Positions 1 to 8,883 of a stretch of DNA of 64,000 bases are shown piece after piece. How positions within the stretch are numbered: position 1 is the first letter of the stretch; each line of letters begins with the position of its first letter. Origin of the DNA: a virus; the IMG/VR virus record IMGVR_UViG_3300028563_000018, positions 8,873 to 72,872 of that record. One strand, 5' to 3'. The notes under the pieces were generated by a model, which was given only the letters and a program-made list of their open reading frames with translations, was not told the origin of the DNA and did no database searches. A program made the position numbers and the translations under genes.

Positions 1-2
1 TC

Positions 3-590
3 CACCAGGGTCGCATCCCGAACCGACCTGGTTCGGTCATCGAGATGCCGCGCAACGAAGTCCAGCACGATCCGCGTCATGGGTGCTCGACGGGTCTGCA
101 CGTCGCCAACTGGATGTTCGCCAAGGACTTCGCTCGTGGTGGTGGCGTCGTAAAGGTGAAGGTGAACCCACGCGACGTCGTGAGTGTGCCGACCGAAAGC
201 AACGACGACAAGATGCGTGTCTGTCGCTACGTCGTGATCGAGGTCGCCACCAGCGAGGACAAGAGCCTGTTGTTGCGGTCCGCAGAACGCACGGCGCGTG
301 TCGTCGGCCAGGTCGACCCGAACGGCAAGAAGCTCAGCGAGCACGGACAAGCTCCTGCGAAAGCTCGCGTGCCCGGCAAGAAGAAGGCGCCCGCCAAGAA
401 GGCAAAGCCGGTCGCGAAACTGCCCGAGTACTACGAGCAGTTCAATCGCACCCACTTCAACGCGCTTCCGTTGGCCGAGGTGAAATGGCTCGCTGGCGAG
501 TGGGGGATCGTCGGTCGCTCAAAGATGTTCCCGTATGACCTCATCTCGGCGCTCATCAAAGAGGCACACGCTCGATTGAAGACCTGGTGA
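3..590 (+). CDS. RIIB-like protein (5' truncated by window)
   Basis: Frame is open from the window edge; CSTGLH...VKVNPRDVVSVP...KMRVCRY is the RIIB-family signature. Confidence 0.8.
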   Translation, partial: HQGRIPNRPGSVIEMPRNEVQHDPRHGCSTGLHVANWMFAKDFARGGGVVKVKVNPRDVVSVPTESNDDKMRVCRYVVIEVATSEDKSLLLRSAERTARVVGQVDPNGKKLSEHGQAPAKARVPGKKKAPAKKAKPVAKLPEYYEQFNRTHFNALPLAEVKWLAGEWGIVGRSKMFPYDLISALIKEAHARLKTW

Positions 591-856
591 TGAGCCAGCA
601 AGAGATCACTCGATGGACCTGCGATCGGTGCGGTCACACTGTGGATCAACCCGATCGGCCCGAGGTCTGGCAGACAGTCGGAGGTCGTGACGTTTGCTTC
701 ACGTGCATGCAAATCGTCAATCGGTTCGTGAACTCCGGGCCACCCGATGTCGCGAAGCTAGAGAAGTACCTCCAGACCATTCAGACCGTGACGCCCGCGG
801 TCGTTCGACGAGTGTTGAAGCTCACGACCGGCAGCGAGGAGGTCGGTCGTGGCTAA
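587..856 (+). CDS. hypothetical zinc-finger protein
   Basis: Two CxxC pairs (CDRC, CFTC); GTGA overlap with upstream stop. Confidence 0.65.
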   Translation: MMSQQEITRWTCDRCGHTVDQPDRPEVWQTVGGRDVCFTCMQIVNRFVNSGPPDVAKLEKYLQTIQTVTPAVVRRVLKLTTGSEEVGRG

Positions 857-1049
857 GAAGAAAGTGCCCCAGGAACGCTGCCTGGTGTGTCTCCAGAAGC
901 CGTGCGAGTGCAAGCGTGTGCCCGCGTCATCGTGGAAATCTGACGAGGAATATCTACCGCTCGACTACTTCGGACCGACCGCATCGTCAGTCGACGCCGT
1001 TCTCCAGATTCTAAACGCCGAGGAGGTGAGCGATGCCCCCGAAGGGTAG
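849..1049 (+). CDS. hypothetical protein
   Basis: GGAGG upstream, operon packing, CxxCxxxxCxC. Confidence 0.55.
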   Translation: MAKKKVPQERCLVCLQKPCECKRVPASSWKSDEEYLPLDYFGPTASSVDAVLQILNAEEVSDAPEG

Positions 1050-1299
1050 AACCCTGTACGACCCCGACAACAAGTTGGTGCGTGCGTTCGTCGAAGCGAG
1101 CGAAAAGACGAAGACGCCTGCCGAGCTGCGGGAGCTCGCACGCCGGCGCCCGCTGCTCGAGCTGACTTCGCCCGGTCTACTTCGGGTGCTCGATATGGTT
1201 GCCGGTCGGAGTTCCTACTCGGCACGTCGTGTCGGGAGATTGCGACGTGACCTGAAGTACGTGTACGACGAGGCGAAGCGCGCGGGGATCCTGCCGTGA
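1033..1299 (+). CDS. hypothetical protein
   Basis: AGGAGG RBS upstream; coupled to next gene. Confidence 0.6.
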   Translation: MPPKGRTLYDPDNKLVRAFVEASEKTKTPAELRELARRRPLLELTSPGLLRVLDMVAGRSSYSARRVGRLRRDLKYVYDEAKRAGILP

Positions 1300-1910
1300 A
1301 CAGCGCTCCCAAGGTGTCACTCGTCAACATGAACGACGACGCTCTCTACTGCATTGAGTGTTCAGACAGATTCGCCTGCGACCACGTCCTCAACTACATG
1401 CGTGAGAACAAGGATATTCATCTCCCGATCGGCTCTGTTTGGGTACCGATGTTCAAGACAGTAACGGTCGCCGCGTACGAACTTAAACCCTGGTCGATCC
1501 CCGTAATCGTCGGTCCCGAAGACTCCAACCACATCGGGACCGTCCACTACGCCGCACCTAGCGATCATCTCGCGATGGGTGATGTGCTCTGTCTCGTCGG
1601 TCAGTACGACGGCCGCTACGCGATCCGCACAGCGATCCTGAACGACCTGCACGCAATCGAGAAGGAGGGCCAGGGGCACTGTGGGGGCGAGTATCACGAT
1701 GGTCGGTTCGATGTGCAATACGCGGGATCCTCGATGGCACGCGCAAGACTGGTCGACACGTACTACCGCCGATACATCGGAGAGTGTTATCCGTGTCACC
1801 TCAGAAGCCAGTCCGGAAACGCGATCCCAGGAGGACTGAACGAGATTCAGCAGAACCTGCCGCCGAGGGCAGTCAAGTCAGTAAACCGGAAGACGGCGCG
1901 ACGAGTATGA
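1296..1910 (+). CDS. hypothetical Cys/His-rich protein
   Basis: 204-aa ORF with 4-nt start/stop overlaps at both ends. Confidence 0.65.
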   Translation: MNSAPKVSLVNMNDDALYCIECSDRFACDHVLNYMRENKDIHLPIGSVWVPMFKTVTVAAYELKPWSIPVIVGPEDSNHIGTVHYAAPSDHLAMGDVLCLVGQYDGRYAIRTAILNDLHAIEKEGQGHCGGEYHDGRFDVQYAGSSMARARLVDTYYRRYIGECYPCHLRSQSGNAIPGGLNEIQQNLPPRAVKSVNRKTARRV

Positions 1911-2221
1911 GCGCGTCCGACCTGATCAGCACGGAGGGGCGCGTTCGGGGTCGCGAGAACATCGACTACCGCTGCGACGAGTGCGGCACGCGCAAGAAGC
2001 GTGACGAACTCTTCGTGAAGCACATCCAGTGGCGCACGATGGGGAAAGGTCCACAGACGGTCCGAGCCCGCGTCGTCGCGTGGGTGTGCGGCGCGTGCAT
2101 GAAGAAGGACCCCGACTACAACCGCACCCGGTTCGCCGACGCGCATGGGCACGCCCACACGAGTATCGGCAGACGGGCGATCATGGAGAAACAACCCGAC
2201 AAGGAGAAATTCGATGGCTGA
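1907..2221 (+). CDS. hypothetical zinc-ribbon protein
   Basis: ATGA coupling at 1907; CDEC and CGAC pairs. Confidence 0.65.
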   Translation: MSASDLISTEGRVRGRENIDYRCDECGTRKKRDELFVKHIQWRTMGKGPQTVRARVVAWVCGACMKKDPDYNRTRFADAHGHAHTSIGRRAIMEKQPDKEKFDG

Positions 2222-2414
2222 GCGGCTTCCAGAGCCTCACAAGAGTACGTTCCAGGGCGCCTTAGAGCGCAACTACGAAGAGGCTATCGAACTACTTCAA
2301 CAGGTGGACCAGGCCGCACCAAAGAAGAAGAATACATACGCTCACAACGCCACCGTCCGCTGGACGATCATCGGCGAGATTCGCAAATACCTCCGCGAAG
2401 TTGGGCGTGGATGA
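2214..2414 (+). CDS. hypothetical protein
   Basis: AAGGAG RBS before ATG 2214. Confidence 0.6.
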   Translation: MAERLPEPHKSTFQGALERNYEEAIELLQQVDQAAPKKKNTYAHNATVRWTIIGEIRKYLREVGRG

Positions 2415-3061
2415 GAATGCCGCGCCGGATAGCTAAATCTTCACAGCCCGGCTACTACGCCAAGAAGGAGTGGAACAAGGGCCGCGACTCTTGGGCGCAA
2501 CTCAACGGAACAGAGTTCACCCTGTTCGTCGGCGACGGCGATCCCGAGAACGACGACCACATCGAGACGCCCGGCATCCCGTCCGTGCGAGTGCTCATCC
2601 GCAACGGGAACCGCGCTCCCACTCCGATCACCCTGTCGAACATGACGGCCAACGAACTAGAGGTAATGCGCCTCTTTTGGGAACGCGCCATCAGCACAGC
2701 CCGACCGATCTGCGCGGCACTCGATGAACGCGCTCAGGACAATCTTCAAGGAGGAACCGATGACGACGACTCTCTGCTCAGGCTCTATCGGCCAGTACCT
2801 CGACTCATTGTGCGCAATGGGCATGAGCCCACACACCGTGCGGGCTTACTCGTCGGACCTGAGAGCGATGGCGAGTTGGTTGGACCTGCACCCGGACGCC
2901 CAAGCGACTACCGAGACTCGGATAGCGACCTATTTGACGACCCACCGTTCGAGTTGGAGCGCGAACACGACCAACCGGAAGTTGACAGCGGTGCGGTCCT
3001 GGGCGCGCTTCCAGGGGGAGCCGACGTTCCTGGAGAACTACCGGGCGCCGAAGGCGGCTGA
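2411..3061 (+). CDS. hypothetical protein with acidic tail overlapping the recombinase gene
   Basis: ATGA coupling; last 302 nt overlap the next CDS in another frame. Confidence 0.6.
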   Translation: MRMPRRIAKSSQPGYYAKKEWNKGRDSWAQLNGTEFTLFVGDGDPENDDHIETPGIPSVRVLIRNGNRAPTPITLSNMTANELEVMRLFWERAISTARPICAALDERAQDNLQGGTDDDDSLLRLYRPVPRLIVRNGHEPTHRAGLLVGPESDGELVGPAPGRPSDYRDSDSDLFDDPPFELEREHDQPEVDSGAVLGALPGGADVPGELPGAEGG

Positions 3062-3590
3062 CCAAGAGCCCCACCCCATCAGGGAGGGAATACCAGGGAT
3101 CGACCGGATGCTCGAGATTCCGGTTACGCCATCCAAGAAAGCTCTTGTCGCCTTGTGTGGCCTGTGCGGATTGCGCGTTTCGGAAGCGTGCGCAGTACGT
3201 CCAGAAGATATCGACATCGACCGTTTACTCCTTCGTGTTCGTGGGAAGGGTGACAAGACGCGCTACGTTCCGATCTCACGCAAAGCATGGATGCACATCA
3301 TGCCTGCCGTCTTGGATGCGAGCATCGCGGGCGCTGTAGGGCGCTCTACGCTCGTCGGAACAGGTGAACGGTCCGCACGGGCGTCCATCACGTCGATTGC
3401 CCGGAGAGCGAAGCTCAGGCGGCGTGTGGCGTCGCATGATCTGCGCGCCACCTTCGCCACCGCGGCGCTCGACGCGACGAAGGATCTGCTCGCGGTCCAG
3501 CAGTTGTTGGGACACGCGGATCCGGCGACGACGCAGATTTACACGAGTGTCTCGGAAGCACGTCGGCGTGACGCGGTGGAGGCGTTGTGA
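2760..3590 (+). CDS. XerC/D-like tyrosine recombinase
   Basis: AGGAGG at 2749-2754; catalytic motifs GLRVSE, GKGDK, HDLR, LGH, TQIY. Confidence 0.92.
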   Translation: MTTTLCSGSIGQYLDSLCAMGMSPHTVRAYSSDLRAMASWLDLHPDAQATTETRIATYLTTHRSSWSANTTNRKLTAVRSWARFQGEPTFLENYRAPKAADQEPHPIREGIPGIDRMLEIPVTPSKKALVALCGLCGLRVSEACAVRPEDIDIDRLLLRVRGKGDKTRYVPISRKAWMHIMPAVLDASIAGAVGRSTLVGTGERSARASITSIARRAKLRRRVASHDLRATFATAALDATKDLLAVQQLLGHADPATTQIYTSVSEARRRDAVEAL

Positions 3591-3787
3591 TGGAATACGA
3601 GTGCGGCACATGCGGCTCGCGCATTCTTGTGTTCTACGCGCAACCAGATCACCCCGCTGGACGCGTGTTCTGTGCTGATGGGTCACCAGAAAAATCGCAC
3701 TGGGAGGTGATGTGCGGCGAGGGTCACCCGTTTGTGCCATACCCCGGTATGCGAATCGAGATCGATAGTCGAACGCAGCCGTTGTAA
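3587..3787 (+). CDS. small zinc-ribbon protein
   Basis: CGTC...CGEGH; GTGA coupling. Confidence 0.55.
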   Translation: MMEYECGTCGSRILVFYAQPDHPAGRVFCADGSPEKSHWEVMCGEGHPFVPYPGMRIEIDSRTQPL

Positions 3788-3790
3788 TAG

Positions 3791-3811
3791 ATAAAGATCC
3801 ATCCAGCAGCT
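3791..3811 (+). promoter_or_regulatory. ATAAAGATCC-N7-AGCT motif, copy A (candidate phage promoter/operator)
   Basis: Same bipartite motif and spacing at 15038, 60719(-) and 62355(-). Confidence 0.55.
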
Positions 3812-3829
3812 TGTAGAAGAGCATTCCCC

Positions 3830-3913
3830 TTCTTGTAGGGTCGGGCGGAACAGAAGTACCAGCCTCATCGGGACCTGCCGGCAAAGCGTCTCCCGAGCCG
3901 AACCCCACAGGAG
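3830..3913 (+). ncRNA. structured leader motif, copy 1
   Basis: UCGGGA/UCCCGA stem around CCUGCCGGCAAAGCG (3874-3888); AACCCCACAGGAG tail contains the RBS of 3924. Confidence 0.65.
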
Positions 3914-3923
3914 TTGCAGATCA

Positions 3924-4544
3924 ATGAGTATTTTCAATCGCGACCGCGATCAAGAGGAAGAGCAAGTCGAAGCTGGTGACGGGAGTGAGGGCATCGCAGC
4001 CCCGGTAGTCGCCGACCCGCCGGTCGAGGCCGTCGAAGCTGTCGAAGAGCAGCAGGACGAAATCGACGGTTGGGAAGACCCCGAGCCTGCGCACGCGAGC
4101 ACGGAGTCGCCCGAGGAACCGCCGACCGAGGAAGAGCAGCTCGACGACGACGAGCGTCGCCCTCGCGGGTGGCTCGAGTCCGACATCGAGAAGCTGATCA
4201 AGGCGATCCAGTCGGGTGAGGTGACGATCGATCCGGTCGGCGCTCCGCTCACGCCGCACCTTCTGTCCAAGACCCTCACTAACGTCGAGGGGCTCGCGAA
4301 GGCGCCGTCCACTGGTGCCGTCTCGGCGGTGCTCGACCGGTGGGTCAACGTCGGTGCGGCCGAGACGAGTTCCAGGCCGTACGCGTTTGTCGACTTCACC
4401 CCCCAGGCGAAGGAGCACGGTATCGCCGGTCTCAAGCAGGCAATCAAGGACCAGCGCAAGGCCGAGAAGCAGGCCCAGAAGGACGCCGACACCGAGGCAG
4501 CGAAGCAGGCCGCGATCGAGGCTGCGGCTGACGCGGCGGAGTAG
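3924..4544 (+). CDS. hypothetical protein with acidic N-terminus and possible winged-helix core
   Basis: 206-aa ORF, AGGAG RBS, strongly GC3-biased codons. Confidence 0.8.
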   Translation: MSIFNRDRDQEEEQVEAGDGSEGIAAPVVADPPVEAVEAVEEQQDEIDGWEDPEPAHASTESPEEPPTEEEQLDDDERRPRGWLESDIEKLIKAIQSGEVTIDPVGAPLTPHLLSKTLTNVEGLAKAPSTGAVSAVLDRWVNVGAAETSSRPYAFVDFTPQAKEHGIAGLKQAIKDQRKAEKQAQKDADTEAAKQAAIEAAADAAE

Positions 4545-4613
4545 TTACCAGGTGGAGCGGCCGGTGTACTACGCTTGGTGCCGTCTCCCTTACCTTGTCG
4601 GGTTGGTAGACAC

Positions 4614-4645
4614 GTGGAGGGCCTGGAGCGATCCAGGTCCTTCAC
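4614..4645 (+). terminator. 14-bp hairpin with GCGA tetraloop, no U-tract
   Basis: GTGGAGGGCCTGGA-GCGA-TCCAGGTCCTTCAC (includes G-U pairs), downstream of the 3924 gene. Confidence 0.5.
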
Positions 4646-4664
4646 CGCGTCAGGTTGCGATCTC

Positions 4665-4994
4665 GTGACGGACCTGATCGTCCAGGAAGACCCCGAGCCC
4701 GACCCCCTTCGCGGCGGCAAGCATTACGAGCACACGCCGGAGCTACCCCCGAGGCCGTTCCTCTACTCGATCGATCAGGTCGCCGCCCTTCTGTACGTCG
4801 ACCTGGGCTACCTGAAGAGCAGGTACCTCCACTACGAGGGACGCACGCTCGGGCCGCACTACCCCGACTACATCTTGGTTCGCAACATCGCACCGAAGGG
4901 CAACGCTCCCGACTGGCGATGCGCTGAGCAGGAGTTCGCGCGCTGGTTGAAGCACAAGGGGTTTCGACTGCACCAGCGCGGGTGGGTGTCCTAA
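4665..4994 (+). CDS. putative HTH DNA-binding protein
   Basis: FLYSIDQVAALL...WRCAEQEFARWL resembles an excisionase/MerR-type HTH with an insertion; start uncertain. Confidence 0.55.
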   Translation: MTDLIVQEDPEPDPLRGGKHYEHTPELPPRPFLYSIDQVAALLYVDLGYLKSRYLHYEGRTLGPHYPDYILVRNIAPKGNAPDWRCAEQEFARWLKHKGFRLHQRGWVS

Positions 4995-5129
4995 AACAAC
5001 ACGAGAACAACGGATACTGAGCACAAGACACTCGAATTTGCTCACGCCACAAGCAGAAATAAAGATTTTCTAGGAATGACGGTTACCAGCTTGAAGCGTG
5101 ATCTATCACGCAATAGCTTGCTTTCTTAC

Positions 5130-5195
5130 CAGGGGGCGGCGCGTCCTGCCGGCAAAGCGAACGCGCGCCACCTGCCTTTGCCGAACCCACAGGAG
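5130..5195 (+). ncRNA. structured leader motif, copy 2
   Basis: About 13-bp stem 5130-5144/5161-5174 around CCUGCCGGCAAAGCGA; AACCCACAGGAG tail is the RBS of 5205. Confidence 0.7.
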
Positions 5196-5204
5196 TACCT
5201 TCAG

Positions 5205-6026
5205 ATGGCCCTTGTTCCCAGCGCGCCCGGACTCGAGAACTACACCGGGATGGACGACCTCAGTCCTGAAGACCTGACGATGCCTCGGTTGGCAATCGGG
5301 TCGAACGAGAACGCAGGTGTGTTCATCGACAGCCAGACCTCGCAGAAGTTCAGCGAGGTCGACATCATCATCCTCGGGATCATCAAGCAGCGGATCTTGT
5401 GGCCCGCCACGATGGGCGACCAGAAGTCGAACCCGCTGTGCCGGTCGTACGACTTCGACCGCGGTCATCCCGACGAGGACAAGTTCCCCTGGAAGCAGAG
5501 CGGCTACGACAAGGCCGTCATCCTCGGAACCGAAGACAAGACGATCCCCTGCGACGCGTGTCCGTTGAAGGACTGGGGTTCGCACCCGGCGCGCGAGAAG
5601 GTGCCGTGGTGCAACGAGCAGATCGTGCTCGCGATCCTGTTGGCGCCGAGTTACTCCCCGGCGATCCTGACAGTGCAGGGATCGGGGCTCAAGCCGACCA
5701 GGGCGTACCTGACGAGCTTCACGCGTGATCGGCTCCCGCCCTTCAACTGCGTCACGCACGTCGAATTGGACGTGAACACGCGCGGCACCGTCACCTACAG
5801 CGTGCCGAGGTTCAGCAAGCCCGGCGAGCAGACCGACGTCGACAAGTACGGCGAGTACGTCACGACGTACGAGGGCATGCGCAGGTTCGTGCAGACGCCC
5901 AGGTCTCGTGATGACGAGAATACCGACGCGACTCCCGCTACGTCTACGGCGAAGAGCACGCCCGCACCAGCTCCCGTAGCTGCGAGTGATGTCGATGCCG
6001 ACGACGACGGGCCGCTTCCCTTTTAG
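5205..6026 (+). CDS. ssDNA-binding-like protein
   Basis: Acidic C-terminal tip DDDGPLPF (SSB-like), low-complexity linker, Cys cluster CRS...CDACP...PWC; start set by AGGAG RBS. Confidence 0.7.
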   Translation: MALVPSAPGLENYTGMDDLSPEDLTMPRLAIGSNENAGVFIDSQTSQKFSEVDIIILGIIKQRILWPATMGDQKSNPLCRSYDFDRGHPDEDKFPWKQSGYDKAVILGTEDKTIPCDACPLKDWGSHPAREKVPWCNEQIVLAILLAPSYSPAILTVQGSGLKPTRAYLTSFTRDRLPPFNCVTHVELDVNTRGTVTYSVPRFSKPGEQTDVDKYGEYVTTYEGMRRFVQTPRSRDDENTDATPATSTAKSTPAPAPVAASDVDADDDGPLPF

Positions 6027-6033
6027 TTCTTCG

Positions 6034-6130
6034 CGCGCGTCCGGCTCCCCCAATACGGACGTGCGTTGGGTCGGCCCCATCGCTCGCGAGGACCCCCAAC
6101 CTCGTTGAGCATCCCCGCTGGGGCCGACCC
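6034..6130 (+). ncRNA. twin hairpins with CCCCCAA loops (candidate sRNA or 3' element)
   Basis: 10-bp stem 6034-6043/6056-6065; perfect 12-bp stem 6068-6079/6119-6130 with an inner stem. Confidence 0.45.
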
Positions 6131-6177
6131 GCCGTTCTATCTCCGCGTGGAAACCCAACCCGATATCGAGGTACGGC

Positions 6178-6396
6178 ATGTGGTTCCTGAAGGCAGTTGC
6201 TAGAGGTAATGCCGGCAAGACCCTGGACGGCAACGGCTGTCTCGCCGTGATCATCGTCATCGCTTTGGTTTGGGTCATCTCTGCCTTCTGGTGGGGATGG
6301 CTCTTCATGGTCATCACTGGTGCGTGCGGATGGCACATCCCGTACTTCCCGACAGGCGTTGCGTTCGGGTTCCTTCTCTCAATGGTGCTCGGCTGA
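6178..6396 (+). CDS. small membrane protein
   Basis: Two to three hydrophobic segments; GAGG RBS. Confidence 0.7.
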   Translation: MWFLKAVARGNAGKTLDGNGCLAVIIVIALVWVISAFWWGWLFMVITGACGWHIPYFPTGVAFGFLLSMVLG

Positions 6397-6752
6397 TGGT
6401 CTGGGCCATGTTCGGCTACGGCAGCGAGGACGAGTACAACGCCGCCCGCGCTGAACGCGAGAAGCAGATGGACGAGGCCCAGGCGCAGAGCGACCTGACC
6501 AACCATCAAGTCGTGCGCGTGATGAACGAGCTCGACGAAGAGCACTGCACGGTGTTCTACAAGGTGCTCGCCCAGGTCCGTGATGCTGGGAACGTGAGTT
6601 CCCTGGAAGCAGTCACCGCGGCCTTCTGGATCGGCGTGCTCCGTGGGCGCCTCAATGCCGTGTTCGGCGTGTGCATGTCGTGCGGCAAGAAGCACGACGA
6701 CGAGTTCGCACGTCTCATCGAAAACCAACCCGACAAGGACACTCCCTCATGA
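6396..6752 (+). CDS. hypothetical protein
   Basis: TGATG coupling; C-terminal CMSCGKKH. Confidence 0.7.
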   Translation: MVWAMFGYGSEDEYNAARAEREKQMDEAQAQSDLTNHQVVRVMNELDEEHCTVFYKVLAQVRDAGNVSSLEAVTAAFWIGVLRGRLNAVFGVCMSCGKKHDDEFARLIENQPDKDTPS

Positions 6753-6940
6753 AGAAGCGCACCCTGCGCGTATGGCTCGCGAGCCATCCGTGGCACAAGG
6801 ACGACGTGCGTGGCGTGGCGATCTTCACCGTTTTGGCGGGGGCGCTCTACTGCTACGACCGTCCGTTGGACGACGACAATGCCGAGTGCGTGCACGTGTA
6901 CGCGCCGGGTGCGTGGGTCAGCGCGGAGTGGTTGGGATGA
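6749..6940 (+). CDS. hypothetical protein
   Basis: ATGA coupling, AAGGA RBS. Confidence 0.55.
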   Translation: MKKRTLRVWLASHPWHKDDVRGVAIFTVLAGALYCYDRPLDDDNAECVHVYAPGAWVSAEWLG

Positions 6941-7116
6941 AAATCAAGAGCCGAGTCGAGGCACGCAATCAGATCCTCGACGCCGCAAACCGAGCGCGTC
7001 GAGAACCGAGCCATCCGTGGCTGACGATGAAGCATCTTCAGCGCGCGGTATTTCGGTGTCGCCAGCGCGGGCTCGTCAGCGCTCAGACACTCGTCGACGC
7101 GGGATTCAGATCATGA
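6937..7116 (+). CDS. hypothetical protein
   Basis: ATGA coupling at both ends. Confidence 0.55.
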   Translation: MKIKSRVEARNQILDAANRARREPSHPWLTMKHLQRAVFRCRQRGLVSAQTLVDAGFRS

Positions 7117-8567
7117 CCCTCACGACGGCGACCCGCGGGTCGCTCAAGAAGATCCGTGATGATCTCGCGCTGTACCCCCACCAGATCGACGGGATCCGAA
7201 CCCTCGCGCGCCGCAGCAGCTTCCTTCTCGCCGACGAGATGGGGCTCGGCAAGAGCATCCAGGCGCTCACGGTCGCAGCGATCGACTTCGAGAAGAACCC
7301 GAACGCTCGCGTGCTCATTGTGGCGCCCGCCTCCCTGAAGTGGAACTGGCAAGCCGAGATCTTGGCCTTCACCTACTTCAACTGCCTGATCCTGGACGGC
7401 ACGCGCAAGCAACGCGACATGCAGTTGCTCCAGTTCTCCAGTAACGAGTTCGACATCCTGATCGTCAACTACGAACAAGTCGTCGCCCATCTCGACGACA
7501 TCAACGCTCTGCACTTCAACATCGTGATCGCCGATGAAGCGCACCTGATCAAGTCACCGAAAGCGAAGCGCACGAAGGCTCTCCAGGGCATCGAGGCTGA
7601 CCGGTTCTTCCTGCTGACCGGGTCGCCGTTGCTCAACCAGGCCAACGATCTCTGGTCGCTGATCTACCGGATCGACCCGAATCTGTTCCCCAAGTATTAC
7701 TCGTTCATCCAGAGATTTTGCGTCATGGGTGGCTACCAGGGCAAGCAGATCGTCGGTGTGAAGCACCACCGAGAGCTGTCCGAGAAGCTCAACTCCGTCA
7801 TGCTGCGGCGCGAGAAGAAGGACGTGCTCGATCTGCCCGACAAGATCCGCATCCCGATCGTAGTGGACCTTCATCCCGAGCAGGCGAAGCTCTACAAGCA
7901 GGCCGTCGAGGAACTCCAGATCACGTTGCCGGATCGCCCGGATGCGATGGAACTTGAGAACGCGCTCACGAAGATGCTGCGCCTCAAGATGATTTGCGGG
8001 ACGACGGCCTGCATTCCCGGCTACCCCGACCATTCTTCCAAACTCGATATTGCTGTCGAGAGAGCGTGCGAAGTGATTGCGGGGGGCGAGCCAGTCGTAA
8101 TCTTCACGCAGTTCCGCGAGGTACAGCGGTGCATGGTCGAGCGGCTCAAGAAGTTGGGTCACGAATCGTTCGTACTCAACGGCGATACGCCGATGAAGGA
8201 TCGCGTGCCGACCGTGCAGCGATGGGAGGCGACAGCGACGCGCCAGGGCCTCACCCCGAAGAACCCAAGCGCACTTGTCGCCATGCTGCAAGTCGCCGGC
8301 GTCGGGCTCAACATGACCGCTGCCTCGACTGCGATCTTCATCGACAAGCTCTGGGTGCCCGCGCTGAACATCCAGGCCGAAGATCGTCTGCACCGCATCG
8401 GGCAGAAGAGCACGGTGACCATCATCGAGGTCATCGCTCGTAAGACCGTCGAGCAGCGCGTGCTCCAGATCTTGCAACGCAAATCGAAGTTGTTCGGCAC
8501 GTTGATCGGAGACAACGACAAGTTCAAGCGCGCTCTCGTGGAGAGCCTGATGGATGAGGACTTCTGA
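7113..8567 (+). CDS. SNF2-family DNA helicase
   Basis: LADEMGLGKS (I), DEAH (II), LTGSP (III), GVGLN (V), QAEDRLHRIGQ (VI). Confidence 0.95.
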   Translation: MTLTTATRGSLKKIRDDLALYPHQIDGIRTLARRSSFLLADEMGLGKSIQALTVAAIDFEKNPNARVLIVAPASLKWNWQAEILAFTYFNCLILDGTRKQRDMQLLQFSSNEFDILIVNYEQVVAHLDDINALHFNIVIADEAHLIKSPKAKRTKALQGIEADRFFLLTGSPLLNQANDLWSLIYRIDPNLFPKYYSFIQRFCVMGGYQGKQIVGVKHHRELSEKLNSVMLRREKKDVLDLPDKIRIPIVVDLHPEQAKLYKQAVEELQITLPDRPDAMELENALTKMLRLKMICGTTACIPGYPDHSSKLDIAVERACEVIAGGEPVVIFTQFREVQRCMVERLKKLGHESFVLNGDTPMKDRVPTVQRWEATATRQGLTPKNPSALVAMLQVAGVGLNMTAASTAIFIDKLWVPALNIQAEDRLHRIGQKSTVTIIEVIARKTVEQRVLQILQRKSKLFGTLIGDNDKFKRALVESLMDEDF

Positions 8568-8776
8568 TGCCCCGCACGGCTGGCGAACTCACGCAGAAGG
8601 CAGAGACGCCCGAGCAGGTGTTCTACACGATCCAGCAGGTCGCCGTGATGTTCCAGGTGAGCGCCGAGACGATTCGGAAGTGGATCAAGGAAGACAAGCT
8701 CAACGCGAAGAAGTACGGCAAGAACTGGCGCATCACGCGGCAGAACATCACGGATTTTGTGGAGGCAAGCAAGTGA
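8567..8776 (+). CDS. excisionase-type HTH DNA-binding protein
   Basis: YTIQQVAVMFQVSAETIRKWIKEDKLNAKKYGKNWRI matches the HTH_17 pattern. Confidence 0.88.
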   Translation: MPRTAGELTQKAETPEQVFYTIQQVAVMFQVSAETIRKWIKEDKLNAKKYGKNWRITRQNITDFVEASK

Positions 8777-8883
8777 ATGAGATCGATGACCCACTGAGCC
8801 CCGCCAAGGGAATCATCCTCGGCGTGGTACTCGGGAGCGTGTTCTGGCTGGTCGTCGCGCTCGTCGCCTGGAGGGCACTGTGA
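8773..8883 (+). CDS. small membrane protein
   Basis: Single TM helix; GGAGG RBS; GTGA coupling. Confidence 0.55.
   Translation: MNEIDDPLSPAKGIILGVVLGSVFWLVVALVAWRAL

Noticed and set aside
3874-3888. GGCAAA/GCAAAG likeness to the c-di-GMP-I riboswitch
   Set aside because: The two-hairpin GNRA/receptor architecture is missing; only a short word is shared
6210-6219. TGCCGGCAAG resembling the leader loop
   Set aside because: Inside a CDS, with no flanking stem or AACCCAC tail
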